Below are positions 38,902-51,530 of a stretch of 64,000 nt of DNA, in pieces. The DNA is from an uncultured Nitrososphaeraceae archaeon. GTDB taxonomy: Archaea > Thermoproteota > Nitrososphaeria > Nitrososphaerales > Nitrososphaeraceae. The position numbers and the translations under genes are program-made. The notes beneath the pieces were generated by a model. The model was not told the DNA's origin and ran no database searches. It was given only the letters and a program-made list of their open reading frames with translations. The stretch lies in the NCBI GenBank assembly GCA_963765895.1, contig CAVXZB010000006.1:1-64000 (forward strand). The letters are read 5' to 3'. Positions within the stretch are counted from its first letter, which is position 1. Each line of letters begins with the position of its first letter.

Positions 38902-39499
38902 CGGTATGACAGCAACATATAGTCCCACTTATGACATCAAATAGTCACAGTCACAGCAACCACCACCACTACTACAAATGAGTCAAGAGTAGCCAATAGT
39001 TATCATACCTGCTATTACAGGAAATATTCTCGCTATAGTTTCTTTCTTGATAGGAACATCATTATTTATTTTTAGGATTAAGAATCCAAAGCGCAGCAAG
39101 AACAAATACTACAGGAGTGACACCATCTCAGCAGCCATCCTCAACATTAGCAACATTACCGTCATTAACAATGCACAAATATTTTGAGTTACTGATTTTA
39201 GCCCTGGTTTATCCTTCAGTAGGGATAAATGCATATGGCTTACTTCTAGTTGAGAGCAATTTGTATCTGCCAGACCATTATTTACTACCTTTTTGCTCTC
39301 TTCATACCCTCAGGAACGATATTATTTTTTGTCGAAAGTTACGTATTGCAAAATAGAATAGAATGTAAAACATAGATATTTATTAGTATATACATAAAAC
39401 GGTGATCTTTTAGCTTGTCATTGTCCCCCAATGACTGAACTTGTGAAGACCAGATATTCCCTTATAACTACTAAATAGTATTATGAGTTTTCATACTCA

Positions 39500-39781
39500 A
39501 TGACTACAGATAAGACATTTGAAGAAGGAGCGGCTGGAACAAAAACACAGAGAAAAGGTGATCCTACTAAAGAATATGAAGCAAATGAACCGATGTCGCC
39601 AGCCAAGATAAGTGAACATGAACCTACTGCAGTGAAAAGAGAGAACACCTCAAGTTCTGGTTCCACTTCAGAACAAGAAGCTAAAGAAAAACTAAGAAAA
39701 AGTGGTATGACTGAGGGAACTGCTGATTCTACAGAAACAGGTAATGAATATGAACAGGGAGCGGCTGGAACAAACAAATAG
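39500..39781 (+). CDS. Small hydrophilic (hydrophilin-like) protein
   Basis: Rich in E/T/S/G/K, almost no hydrophobic core; (F/Y)E(E/Q)GAAGT at both ends. Confidence 0.75.
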   Translation: MTTDKTFEEGAAGTKTQRKGDPTKEYEANEPMSPAKISEHEPTAVKRENTSSSGSTSEQEAKEKLRKSGMTEGTADSTETGNEYEQGAAGTNK

Positions 39782-39989
39782 TCGATTTAGAGTTCCAGGA
39801 AGCAAAAAAATACAGATATAGAATTTTATCTATATTCGATATTTCTTGTGAATATCATTTATCACTATTATATCAGAAAATTCTATGTCAGATAGTCTAA
39901 TTATTTTTTACATGATAGATAAGAATGATAGAAATTAAATATAGTGTTTTGATTTTCACAAAACAATGAATCATTTATCATTAGGTGCA

Positions 39990-40145
39990 TAACCAAACAA
40001 AATCTTTTGCAGTTGAAGAACAAGAATCATTTGGACTTGCCAAAGGTGCACCAGCATTAGGTGTACCAAACATTATTAAATTTGCAACGTCGCTAATACT
40101 TTTATTAGCTAAAAATACTCTTTCATCCAAACCTCCTTTAGATAG
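39990..40145 (-). pseudogene. Internal fragment of an alpha/beta-hydrolase (lipase/esterase)
   Basis: SKGGLDERVFLAN...VANLIMFGTPNAGAPLA nucleophile-elbow region only. Confidence 0.6.
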
Positions 40146-40310
40146 ATTTTGTTCAGATATACTGAAGAGGTAAACAATATTATACCTAGCCGACAACAAA
40201 ATGACTTACAATCCTAGCCACATCTTCTAGTCTACTATATTTTTAATCATTACGATCATGCAATGTAAAATAAGGTATTACATTCTATATTATAATGGTC
40301 TAATTCTAAA

Positions 40311-40670
40311 TTAAGTTAATTCATCTATTGGAAATCTAAGAGTAGATTTTATCAGTCTTGCAATGGGAATGTAAATCGATTGAGGATTAATTCCAACGTT
40401 ATCTGCAAAACTAAAATCACCAGTCATTTTATTTAATTCTACGAATTTCTTGTTTGGGATTTCATTGAGAATATGATAATGAGCAATAACTCCACCTACA
40501 ATTCCCGTATGTATGAAGAGTATCGCTTTATCGTGATAAGTAATATAGTAAAGTAATGGTGTAATAGACATAAAGGATTGTGATGTATAAAGAATAACCT
40601 TTAGCATATCCTTTAGATTCTCATATTCTAAATAAGTAGTGAACCATTCAGCTTGTGACACTATATCCAC
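40311..40670 (-). CDS. Hypothetical protein
   Basis: 119-aa ORF with globular composition; no recognised motif. Confidence 0.6.
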   Translation of the reverse strand: MDIVSQAEWFTTYLEYENLKDMLKVILYTSQSFMSITPLLYYITYHDKAILFIHTGIVGGVIAHYHILNEIPNKKFVELNKMTGDFSFADNVGINPQSIYIPIARLIKSTLRFPIDELT

Positions 40671-41426
40671 TCATTTAATTAGATTATTATATTTTCGCTA
40701 CCTATGACTAATCCTGGAGGATAGATCGAACGATCAAGCAGATTCTTTCAGTCACTGACAGATGGAATAGAAAATGTATTTAATCAATTGATTCTGCAAT
40801 AACTTTATACCTAATTTAGTCTTAATCCAAGATAACAATCGCGTTCCGCAACTATATCACAATTTGGCAAGACTAATATAAAGTATTGTAAAATATATAA
40901 TATTCTATAGACGAAATTGCCAGGAAGGTTAAGATAACATTCATCTTTCAAAAAGGTCAAATGTACCGCAGAATCTTATAGAGAGAGTTGAAAGGCATTT
41001 ACAAATGAAATAATGACTAAAAATTATCTTCAGATCTTCGATAAAGTAATAGAAGATGAGCCTGTCTTCCGATGGTAGTAAAGATGAGGAGGATTGAATT
41101 AACAATAAAGTATTATTTTAATAGTCTTAAATGACAGTAGATTATTCATCGCTAGAAATATTCCAAAAGAGAACAAACACCATTATAGCAAATTGATTAA
41201 TTATTTGAAAAACAATATCAAGATCATCCAAGAATAAACATGATATAAATTTGTTAATATATATAAAATAGAATTACTTGAACCAGTAAATTATGTGTTC
41301 AACTCAACAAAGAGTTCCAATACAATGCCTGAAATAAGATCCTTAGGCTTTGATATTGAACATTTTAAGAAAAATTTGATACAGTTATCTACGGAATATA
41401 TGATGGTAGCATGAAGGAGGATGTAT

Positions 41427-41487
<61 letters not shown>

Positions 41488-42170
41488 AATTCATGAAACA
41501 CAGTCTACTATTGGTTGAGAATATCACAGTTACTCAGTTATATCATATTATGTTTATACAATGCTGCGCAAAATTATTTAGATTACAGATAATAGTATAG
41601 ATGGGAAATTTTATCAACATGAAATCATAAGGGTAAAACATCTAACATATTGCTCTAGCGAACCGGTTGTTCAGCTGAGGCAATCGATACCTCGTAGCAT
41701 GGAGGACAAACAATTGACGTCATTAGCCTGTCCAACACAAGCAATCAGATTATGAAATATACTGAACCCTATCGAAGACATCAAGAAAAAATGAGTTAAA
41801 TTCTATAGTAGTTTCTATCTTAGGCGCATGTTGGTATAGTGAAACCATAATGAAGCCCTATTAGGGAAAGCTAGTGATTGATGCTGGCCTGGCCACTCGA
41901 CAACTATAAAGTTAATAAACAGACATTAGCATTGCAGAATCAGCGTTTATTTTGCTAATCATGGCTAGTCACCACTGTCATTTAATCTTGTATTTTTCCG
42001 ACAAAGTCGGACCTGCAATAGAGTTTGTAATAACTCGGACTTATTGACACTACATCTTGCAAGATATCCGACAAGTCGATAAAAGCTTGCTTGTATAGGC
42101 AGCTAATTCAATGGTATCAAATGGAGTAACAAGTCTAGAAATAAAACGAAAAGTAATCTATTGTAAAAAA

Positions 42171-42400
42171 ATGCCAAAAGGATTTTAGTAGTTGACGATG
42201 AGTCGGACATCAAATACGACTTTATATGAGATACTTTAACAAAATGGTTCATTATTGATTCATATGAGAATTCTCGCCTTGCATTAGAGGACTTCACTAT
42301 TTCTATGATCTGTTAATTTTGACATTAAATGACCAGAGATGAGTGATTTTCATTTATAGGGAGAGGCAGAAAACTCCGTAGAGTCCAAGATCTAATTCAT
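42171..42400 (+). pseudogene. Heavily degraded stand-alone response regulator
   Basis: KRILVVDDESDI, IIDSYENSRLALEDF, YDLLI, DIK, PEMSDF across frames. Confidence 0.75.
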
Positions 42401-42518
42401 TTTGTATATAGATTCAGACATACCTTCTAAGGCAAACTCACTTTCGGTATGCAGAATGAAACTGAATCACCATACTTTAATACGTTATTTTGTTTTAAGA
42501 TTAGTAGTAATAGCAATA

Positions 42519-43458
42519 ATGAAATCTGTTCAAATTAGTAAGTATGGAAGCAGCGAAGTTATCGAAATCACTCAGAATGCCACTATACCAAACATGCCTG
42601 CAGCTGGAAAAATTCTAGTCAATATAAAAGCCGCTGGCGTAAATCCTGTAGACTGGAAAATTCGTGAAGGTTACTTCCAACAGATGATGCGACTCCAATT
42701 CCCCTTTACATTGGGTATGGATTTTTTCAGGTATCGTCAAAGAAATTGGGGAAGGTGTGTTAGATTTCAAACAAGGAGATGAAGTATATGGACAAGCTGG
42801 AGTAGCTACTGGTGGGTCAGGAGCATTTGCAGAGATGGCAATGGCAAATGCGGAAAATATCACCCATAAACCAAAGAGGCTAAGCCATGTCGAAGCTGCT
42901 GGCTTACCGCTTGTAGGAGTTAGCGCCTGGCGAGCACTTATTGAAAACATTGGATTATCAAATGGTCAGCGGATTCTAATTCATGGTGGAGCTGGAGGTA
43001 GAGGATCAATTGCTATACAGCTTGCCAAGAACTTGGGAGCATTCGTTGCGACAACAGCAAGTGCAAATGACAAGATGTTTGTTCAAGAACTGGGAGCCGA
43101 TCAAGTCATAGACTACAAGAGCCAGAACTTTGAAGATCTGCTGCATGACTATGATTCAGTCTTTGATACTGTAGGTGGTGAAACATACAAAAGATCTTTC
43201 AAAGTCTTAAAGAAAGGTGGCATAATAATTTCTATGCTAGAGCAGCCAAACTTAGAGCTGATGAGTCAATACGACATCAGGGCAATATTTCTGTTCACAC
43301 AAGCAGATAGAGAACGGTTGACTAAATTGGCAGAATGGGTGGATCAAAATAATATAAGAGTAAATGTAGACAGGACATTTTTACTAGATGAGGCTAGTAA
43401 GGCACTAGACTACCAAAAGGATGTCCATCCAAGAGGTAAAGTGGTCCTGACCGTGTGA
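42519..43458 (+). pseudogene. NADP-dependent oxidoreductase (MDR/quinone-reductase-like), frameshift in T-run near 42725
   Basis: KAAGVNPVDWKIREG, LGMDF/SGIV, EAAGLPLVG, LIHGGAGG, HPRGKVVL. Confidence 0.92.
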
Positions 43459-43594
43459 TAACAGAAAGTAATATTGGCCATTAAACTTTTGAACACTTAT
43501 TAGTAATACTTAGTCATATATAGTTTTGTGGGAAATTACTCATGAAATTGTTTTTTAGCATGACCTATAGTCACGTCAGAGTTAGCGAAGTGAA

Positions 43595-43996
43595 GTGAAA
43601 GACATACGTTTGAAGTCAGCAACGGCCCTACGTAATAGAATCCTAATTGTAGATGATGAGCTCGATGTTGCTCTTACTTTAAAATTGGGATTGGAAGTCA
43701 ACGGATTTGTAGTCGAGACGTATAACGATCCATTAAAAGCACTATCAGACTTTAGGGCAAATTCGTACGACTTGTTACTGCTTGATATAAAGATGCCAGA
43801 GATGAACGGCTTTGAATTGTACAGTAGATTGCAACAAATAGATCATAATGTCAAGATCTGCTTCATTACTGCATTCGAATTATATTTTGATGAATTTCAG
43901 AATATGTTTCCTAAGCTAAAAGTAGAATGCTTTGTACACAAACCAGTATCAATAGATACTCTAGCCAAGGTAATAAAAGGCGAGCTTACCGAATAG
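43595..43996 (+). CDS. Stand-alone response regulator (receiver domain)
   Basis: ILIVDDE, LLLDIKMPEMNG, CFITA, HKP. Confidence 0.93.
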   Translation: MKDIRLKSATALRNRILIVDDELDVALTLKLGLEVNGFVVETYNDPLKALSDFRANSYDLLLLDIKMPEMNGFELYSRLQQIDHNVKICFITAFELYFDEFQNMFPKLKVECFVHKPVSIDTLAKVIKGELTE

Positions 43997-44428
43997 TCCC
44001 AATGATAAGAACACTAATATACAAACATTAAAACTTGACTTGTTTGCTACTGTCTTCTAGGCAATCGTCAATCGTCGAAAAGTGAAGGCCGCATAGTAAA
44101 TTCTTCATGTTGATCAGTTGCTTGACAAGTAGCTCAACAGAGTAAACTTAGACCAGGTCCATTGCTGGCGGGACTGAGTCTGACGGCATTTTCTACTTAT
44201 TATAGAGAGGTATTGTTATTAGTATGCAGATCATGAATATGGTTGAACCCTCGAGGTTCAGTACACGAACAATTATGATTTATTTTGTTATGACTAGACC
44301 ACTGAGATTTCTGAATATAAAAAAAGGATCTAGATCTTCAACAGGATCATCAAAAGTGTTGTAGGATAAGCTCGTGTTATACAAATATTAAAATGCTGAA
44401 ATTCAATACCATACGGGTGACATAGTAA

Positions 44429-44992
44429 ATGAATATGAGTATTAATAATAATGATCGGTTTCACTTTAGTTATCTTAATATCAAAGATTTCATTCAATTT
44501 GCTCAAGGCAATGTTGGGACGATTTGGCTAGGAAAGCTTTTTCAATCTGCGGATATATTACTCACAATATTCAATGCTAGCAATACAAACACAAGAAAAG
44601 GAATCGTCGATGACGTATTAGTGTGGAAGCAATTCTGATATTCCTGTTTTGCCCCTAACTACAACATTGCTGCTTGGCCCAGTGGACTTTACAAATTAAA
44701 AGAGTTCTCACTGTTGTTATCCACTACGAGCGATCCAAAATTCAATCATCTTGATACTGAGGACAGCATCAAGGTAGTGACTGCATACCATCCCTCGATT
44801 GGTAAACGAATCATTGTGGATGGTTTTCATAGAGCAGTTGCACTTGAAATTGCAATCAGGGATTCCAAGAGAAATAATATTCCGAAGGTCACGGTATGGG
44901 AATGTTATGGAAGATTGGTTCATACGATATTCCCCTTTGAATTTAGTCATCTTTTAACGTCGTATATCGAATCGAAAGAATCTGGTAACTAG
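44429..44992 (+). pseudogene. ParB/Srx-like domain protein with in-frame TGA at 44636-44638
   Basis: ORFs 44429-44638 and 44714-44992 share a frame with no further stop between them; IIVDGFHRAVAL motif. Confidence 0.55.
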
Positions 44993-45071
44993 AATCGGGA
45001 CAAAGATATTAATTAACAAGTATAAAAGCTTCACAATCTTTACCAAAATAGTGTAGTATACGTCAACATAC

Positions 45072-45485
45072 TTGCACTACCACATTGGCTGCTCTGGAGG
45101 GGGTTACTCAGACTAGCAAAGACCATTTTGTCCTCCTAATCTAGGGAATTCCAGATGGTTAAGTTACTATTCCCAAGTGTTTGATTTTGTTGAGATAGAT
45201 TCTTCTTTTTACAGGACGCCTAATGCATTTATGGTAAAGAACTGGTGCAAAAAGACTCCAGCACATTTTAGATTTACCGCTAAATTTCCAAAAGTTATAA
45301 CTCATGATAAACGACTGAAGGATGTAGGAAAAGAGCTAGAATTATTCTTTTCTTCCATGATTTACCTTGAAGACAAGGTTTTAGCATTATTGATACAGTT
45401 ACCACCTTCGATGGGTATAGTTGAAGGTTATTTTGTATCATTGATAAAACTAAATGATATTTGTCAAGGCCCCATTTTGAAATAA
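45072..45485 (+). pseudogene. DUF72 protein, nonsense codon at 45114 and 3' truncation
   Basis: YHIGCSGGGYSD*QRPF, FDFVEIDSSFYRTP, FTAKFPKVITH, LLIQLPPS. Confidence 0.88.
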
Positions 45486-45552
45486 TAAGTATAATCTAGT
45501 AAATGCTCCTGCTACTTCAGAAAGTGATGCTGCAAATAGCGAATAAAATCCA

Positions 45553-45940
45553 ATAACCCTATTACTTTACAGCAGAGATATCTGGTGCATTGCTTAGAAG
45601 TCTTTTTGTAAAATTTATGATAGGAAATCAAGCGAACTTGGCAAATGCTCCGAATAATGCATATCCAATCCAAACAATAATTGGAGTTGAAATTATTGGT
45701 TCTGCACTGCTAATGTCTGTAATCTATGTAGTTGTCTACACTAAAGGACTAAAGCGATTTGGCGGTATTGTTACAGGTGGTATGGTTGGACTTGATATGT
45801 TCTTAGCATTTATATCATGTGCTTCAATGAATCCTGCTCGCTCTTTGGCTCGTACGCTTGTTTCTGAATTCTACTGCGACAGCTCCCTCATCGATAACAC
45901 CCTCTGCGGTGCCACAATAATAAATGTGAGCCTAATTTAA
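45553..45940 (+). pseudogene. C-terminal half of an aquaporin (MIP family)
   Basis: YYFTAEISGALL, VEIIGSALL, SMNPARSL; first NPA half missing. Confidence 0.8.
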
Positions 45941-46228
45941 TTCTCAAACTACAAAGTATGAAAATAGATGGTCAAACCAAACTTAAGCAAATTTCTAGGA
46001 ATACAGTTCTATATTGGTATTCTAGTTTAACGGATCAAGGCAAATACCGGAGAGTTACTAAAGTAAGATCTAGAGATTATGACATTATGAATTTCGCTCC
46101 ACATAAAGACTTCACTTGTTAATGGTATAAAGAAAGGAAAGCAGGTGATTAATAGCCTTATAATGCTATATTTTGATTAACTGACCATCTGATCCAGTTT
46201 CTCTAGCATTGTAAAGACGGATACGCCC

Positions 46229-46643
46229 TTATTGTGAATCTTCGGCTAGCTCTTTCTTTACTTTTATCAAGTCTTCTATGGTTAATGGCTTTGAAATAAA
46301 ACGTTTTACTTCATCTAGAATCTCTTTTGTTTGGCTTCTTAAGCTCTCATTATACAATTCAGAAGCAGTAAGAAAACATATCTTTACTTTATTATCTAAT
46401 TTCCGTATCTCTTTATACAAGTCATATCCATTCATTTTAGGCATATTAATATCAAGTATTACCAAAGAATAGTAGTTAGACTTAAAATTAGAGAGTGCTA
46501 ATAGGATCATTAAATGCATCAACCTTAAAACCCTCATCTTCCAGACCCATACTTAAAACTGAAGTGTTATTAGACTCGTTGTCGACTAGTAATAGTCTCG
46601 TCGTCGTAGTAGTAGCACTATTGTTATGGCTCACTACTATCAT
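46229..46643 (-). pseudogene. Stand-alone response regulator, frameshift near 46502
   Basis: RLLLVDNE...GFKVDAFNDPI then LALSNF...LDINMPKMNG...CFLTA...SKP. Confidence 0.85.
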
Positions 46644-46707
46644 TTACTCCAATAGTAATAATATCGTTATTATTGCTACTAAACAATACATTTGTTATAG
46701 GTATCAA

Positions 46708-47119
46708 CTAAGAATTCAATTCTTCCTTTATTCGTTTTGCTAACTCGTCTATATCGATGGGTTTTTGAATAAAGCATTCTACTTCAGAGTCTTCTTTTCC
46801 TTCTTTATTTTGATACTTTGCACTTGAACTACTGTGAGAGTTCTGTTTGAGCTCTTCGTGATATACATCAAATGCTGTGATAAAGCATATCTTAACTCTG
46901 TCATCTATCTTTCTTATCTCATGATATAGTTTAGATCCATCCATCTTTGGCATTTTATAGTCTATGAGCACAAAGTCATAGGTGCCGCTCTTGAAATCAG
47001 ATAATGCTTGTAAGGGATCATTAAATGCATCAACTTTAAAACCATTATCCTGAAGACCCAGGGTATAAACAGTTGTAATATCCATTTCATCGTCTATTAC
47101 TAGTATTCTTTTTTGACAT
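46708..47119 (-). CDS. Stand-alone response regulator (one extra base in an A-run after the ATG at 47119)
   Basis: RILVIDDE, IDYKMPKMDG, CFITA, QKP; deleting one A restores MSKRILVIDDE as in the paralogues. Confidence 0.88.
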
Positions 47120-47229
47120 TTTGTTTGCAGGGTTATTTTCCTTTCTCTTCTATATTCGCTTAGTCATTCCGAGATAATTGAATTACATGATGGCTTTTTT
47201 ATCTGCTATATGCCGCTAAAGCTACTTAG

Positions 47230-47355
47230 TTACTCATAAATGTAAGCTTTTATCGCCTTGTTGGGTATTTTGCAAGTTGAGAAGTGCCAAGCTAATTCAA
47301 GTCCAAGTAGAGTTACTACAAATCCTATTGCTGGATATATCAAATGTTCAAACAC
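47230..47355 (-). CDS. 41-aa single-pass membrane microprotein
   Basis: Manual translation from GTG: MFEHLIYPAIGFVVTLLGLELAWHFSTCKIPNKAIKAYIYE. Confidence 0.5.
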   Translation of the reverse strand: MFEHLIYPAIGFVVTLLGLELAWHFSTCKIPNKAIKAYIYE

Positions 47356-47511
47356 AAGTGTGGATTACATATGGTGCTTATTCTACTCTAGTAGACAATA
47401 ATTTTGATAAATAATAATTGTTGTTTATTTGCTGGAAGTAACAAAAATGCCTACATCGAGTTTGTAATTTATTATTCTGAGGTTAGCCGGATTTGATGAT
47501 TTATTTCGATG

Positions 47512-47907
47512 TGGAACATTATGCAGTTAATTAAATCTGACTTGCTAAAATAAAAGTGAAGCTATATGAGAAAATTGATTATTATCCTGGGTGGGTTGAA
47601 TTCATAAATACGGTATTATCTCTTCCATGATTTTTCGAATCATTATTTTGACAGATGATATTCGTTGTTAGATCATCATTTCCACAACTGTTTTGTTGCG
47701 TGCTTGTTCTGGAGCTTTTGCTTGATGCATATGCATCGTGGATTGTCATAATTGCTATTATTCCAATAAACAAGGCCGTTAATACTAGACTGCCTATCAC
47801 TGTGTTTTTATTGTTCATAATTCTAGAAATTTGTTAGATTTCGTTGTATATTTCATTTTGGAACATTAATGCAGTTAATTAAATCTGACTTATCTCCAAT
47901 AAAGTGA
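47512..47907. repeat. Direct repeat pair (about 32-47 bp) flanking the 47582-47818 gene
   Basis: TGGAACATT(A)ATGCAGTTAATTAAATCTGACTT...AAAGTGA at 47512 and 47859. Confidence 0.85.
47582..47818 (-). CDS. Small secreted protein
   Basis: Signal peptide ending AYA; QQNSCGND...NIICQN Cys pair. Confidence 0.7.
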   Translation of the reverse strand: MNNKNTVIGSLVLTALFIGIIAIMTIHDAYASSKSSRTSTQQNSCGNDDLTTNIICQNNDSKNHGRDNTVFMNSTHPG

Positions 47908-48400
47908 GTAGAATATAACGTTATAGAAAAGATTTCATCCTAATGGCCTCATTTAATAGTAGTGTCATGCTTTTTTGCCAAATAATTTATTTGTAGATTA
48001 TTCTTGTTACCTCTATGTCATTTGAGTTAAATACGTTAATGGTCTTATTTACGAAGCTTTTTGTAATTATTATAGACAGACTAGATACTTCGCAGCGAGA
48101 GAATATTTACAATCTAATAATCCTGTTTATGGACTTGATCTTACCATTCTCTGTGTCGGATTTTTCTTATTTTGTAAACAGAAATGAATCAATAGTTTTA
48201 CCCTTACGATCTCTTCTCTCACGTTTGACAAAATTCCAATCTATCCCACTTACAATAACAGGTGACTACTAGCTATTTTTAGAATTGTATAGCAGATATA
48301 TTATATTTATGTCATCTATCTGTGATATGATAAAAGTGTATTATTTCGACTAAAGAACTTCGAATTATGACCAAATGAAATATATTAATTTTCTAGTAAT

Positions 48401-48649
48401 TCATAAATTCGCTGCAAGTTTATGATTATTTTTTGAATGGCCTCTCCAAGAGCTGCTTTCATCCAACAATTGCATATGCTCTTCTAGGGTATTATACCTA
48501 GAGAAGTCCATCTTTATATCCTCATGATCCCTTATCGTCTGTAATTCTTCAAGAATGGAGTCAAATTTCTTATATGTTCTTCTCACATTTTTCCTCTTAT
48601 TACTGGATGCTGTTTTCTTTACCATGGATGACGATGTTGGGGACGTCAT
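48401..48649 (-). CDS. Small hypothetical protein
   Basis: 82-aa ATG ORF with TATA-like ATTATATA about 35 bp upstream. Confidence 0.5.
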   Translation of the reverse strand: MTSPTSSSMVKKTASSNKRKNVRRTYKKFDSILEELQTIRDHEDIKMDFSRYNTLEEHMQLLDESSSWRGHSKNNHKLAANL

Positions 48650-48799
48650 GGTCTATATGTAAGTATGATATACGGTAACGTAGTATATAATCTCATTTAT
48701 TCAATCAATCCGAAGAAAGATAGATTAATGATGAATGAATGAATAAATAATCTAAAGATAAGGCGATTTAATGCCGTCCAGTATCCATATTAACAATAA

Positions 48800-49177
48800 T
48801 TATTCGCGCCCACCATACATTATTCGGTCTATATGTTCTAAGAGCTCTTCATTTGTTATAGGCTTCCGAATAAAACAGTTAGCAGGAAGAGAAGAAAATA
48901 TATCAGAATATGACCCATAATACATTTCTCCAGCTGTAAGAAAGCATACTTTCATCTTATCATCACGTTTCTTAATCTCTCTATAAAAAGAAAAACCACT
49001 CATTTCTGGCATCTTAATATCAAGAATTAATAGATCGTAGTAATGAGGTTTGAAGTTTTCTAAAGCAAGAAACGGATTCTCATGTGAATCGACGATAAAA
49101 CCGTTTTTCTGTAGCACCTTGCGTAATGTTATGTTAACATCAGGTTCATCATCGGTAACTAGAATCCTTTTTGACAT
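48800..49177 (-). CDS. Stand-alone response regulator
   Basis: MSKRILVTDDE, LDIKMPEMSG, CFLTA, RKP. Confidence 0.93.
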   Translation of the reverse strand: MSKRILVTDDEPDVNITLRKVLQKNGFIVDSHENPFLALENFKPHYYDLLILDIKMPEMSGFSFYREIKKRDDKMKVCFLTAGEMYYGSYSDIFSSLPANCFIRKPITNEELLEHIDRIMYGGRE

Positions 49178-49362
49178 TTCTATTACCTTGTTTATATATG
49201 CAAGCATTTTTGACTAAAGCGGCTGAAGTATACCACGAAGACTTACAAGGCAGTATAATCAAGAACAAAGCAATAATATTAATATACTATTTTTGAAAGC
49301 CAAGTGGAAATCACGAGCTATCGAAGGTAGTAAACACGACAATAGTTACAAAAGTTATAAAG

Positions 49363-49833
49363 TCATTTAATGCTTCTCGAATTAAACCAGGGTTTCCAAA
49401 ATCTGTTATACCAGTCTTCATTCATTTTTGATACAGATTTAAGAAACTCTCCATAAGCATTAAACCAATAGCTCATTAAGCTTTGCCAAGTTGCTGAACT
49501 TGCCACAAACGGATGGATGATATTATCTTGATTCTTTTTCATATAAGATGGTGCTTCAACTATTTCTTCTTCTTGGTGTCTAATAACATTAGCCTCATTT
49601 TGATTTTTATTACTTATAGACTTAGATGTTGGTGTTGTTGTTGTAATTTCAGCTTCTTGTATTGCCACTGTTGGCTTTGATAATACTTCTGCGTTAATAC
49701 AATCGGTATGAACTTTTTCTTCTGTAATATATTCACAAGAGGTGCATGCAAAAATTAAAGGCTGTTGGCAAAGTTGACAATAGGAAGACGCTTTGAGCTC
49801 TGAACCACATTTTATACAAAGTGTTTGAGCCAT
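49363..49833 (-). CDS. Double Zn-ribbon protein with C-terminal WYNRFWKPW helix
   Basis: CIKC, CQLC, CTSC, HTDC; Thr/Glu linker; amphipathic aromatic tail. Confidence 0.8.
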   Translation of the reverse strand: MAQTLCIKCGSELKASSYCQLCQQPLIFACTSCEYITEEKVHTDCINAEVLSKPTVAIQEAEITTTTPTSKSISNKNQNEANVIRHQEEEIVEAPSYMKKNQDNIIHPFVASSATWQSLMSYWFNAYGEFLKSVSKMNEDWYNRFWKPWFNSRSIK

Positions 49834-50042
49834 ACCTATATGTTATCACTATGCAATATATTTCTTCAACTAATAACTGCATCTCTAATTTGTGAGAAAG
49901 CCTCCATATCGAGTCCAAAAACAAAAGGCGTTCCAATACTCGGGTCTATAATTAATAGAAATCTCATATTACCATGAATCTTATTTGGATTAAAGTAAAT
50001 CGATAAGTCTTAGCAGGAGTTCCCAATGAATTTTTCTATAGA

Positions 50043-51415
50043 TTAATTATTATTTCTTCTTTTGGAATTTTCAATCTCTTGTAAAGTCAATTTCAAATAT
50101 TCTTTAATTTCTTCTTCTTGTATGGATGATTCAACACCAGTTTTTTCGTAGACATACTTTGATTCAGCAGAAAAATGCTTTGCAATACTTGTAATCCTAT
50201 TTTGAATTTCTGTTTCCAATTGCGATGTTGCAATGTTATCTAGCATTAATGATTCCCGCTCCATAGTTTGTCTCATAGATTTACGCAAGTTATTATCATT
50301 AGCAACAGAAATTGCTGAAGAATAAATTCCTACGAGGAGAAGGTAAGATCCAAGCCCTAAAAAGGATATGCTAGCAAGTCCGAATGGCGGATAGTGCGCA
50401 AGAATTAAACTAGTGATTTGATTTGAAGAAAATATTAGTATAACGCCGTATGCTGAGAGAGTCATATAGTCTTTTACTGCGTGACCTCTAATCAGTCTTG
50501 CTATACTCCAAAATGCAATACCAAATAATAGACCTCCTATAGGTCTTGTTGCACTAAAAAATAAAGTATAAACTATACCAAATAATATCGGATCTGAAAG
50601 ACGAAACTGAGCAAACAAATCTAAAAAATACGATTGAAATTCACTCAGAAAATAGACCAAAGGGATTGTAACAATGATCCAATATTTTATCCTCCCAAGT
50701 TTGCTAGAATGATGGTATAATAGAACAACTGTGGCAAGCCACATTAGTATAAAAGAAAGAATTGATGTAATAACATATCCATTATGAAACATATTGTCGA
50801 AGCTAAATAATGCAGTATTGGCCACTTTACCAATGGAAGGCTGTATGTAGTCATTTTGCCCAAATCTTGTCAATGAGCTTGTTACATACAAAATAATGAA
50901 AACTGCATTTATTGAAAGGCAGCACGATCGCCAGAGTATACAAAAAAACAGTTAGATTTCTATTCGATCTAAACCAGGAGAAGAACTTCTCAGCTAAAAT
51001 CCCTAATAGAAAAATCGAAGTAATGCAGCTGATCCAAATAATTAGCTTCATGAAGAAAATGTCATATCTCATAAATATTACCATCTGGACGATTATGAGC
51101 AATAGAATTACAATTAGGAAGAGCTGGATTACGGATACAGATTTAATGACCACTCTCAGCATTGAAGATTTAACCGATTGGCCAGTTTGTTTGACAAAGC
51201 GTAGTATAATGAATTGGCCAAAAGCATAGATGAGAGTCATAATCGTAAAGATTGTAATATCCGAGCTTGAGGGAATTACCTCACCAACGAAAGCAGAAAT
51301 ATCTGGTATTGAGGCTTCCATTATCCATTATCATTGCAGTAATAACGAAGCAGATCACCACCATGACACTGGTATTACTAGGACAAACGATGAATCTTGT
51401 ATATCTCGTGTTCAT
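50043..51415 (-). pseudogene. Multi-pass membrane protein, paralogue of 30116-31559, two frameshifts
   Basis: ORFs 50851-51321 and 50043-50891 plus a first TM helix from ATG 51415; one break is a 7-bp duplication ATAATGG. Confidence 0.8.
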
Positions 51416-51530
51416 AAACAACTATTGATTGATTAGTCTTAAGATATCGAGTCATTAATAAAAGCGACTATCTTGAATTTATCATAGAGGTTCAAGTTAT
51501 ATAGTTCCATATTCTATTACGAAATGATAA

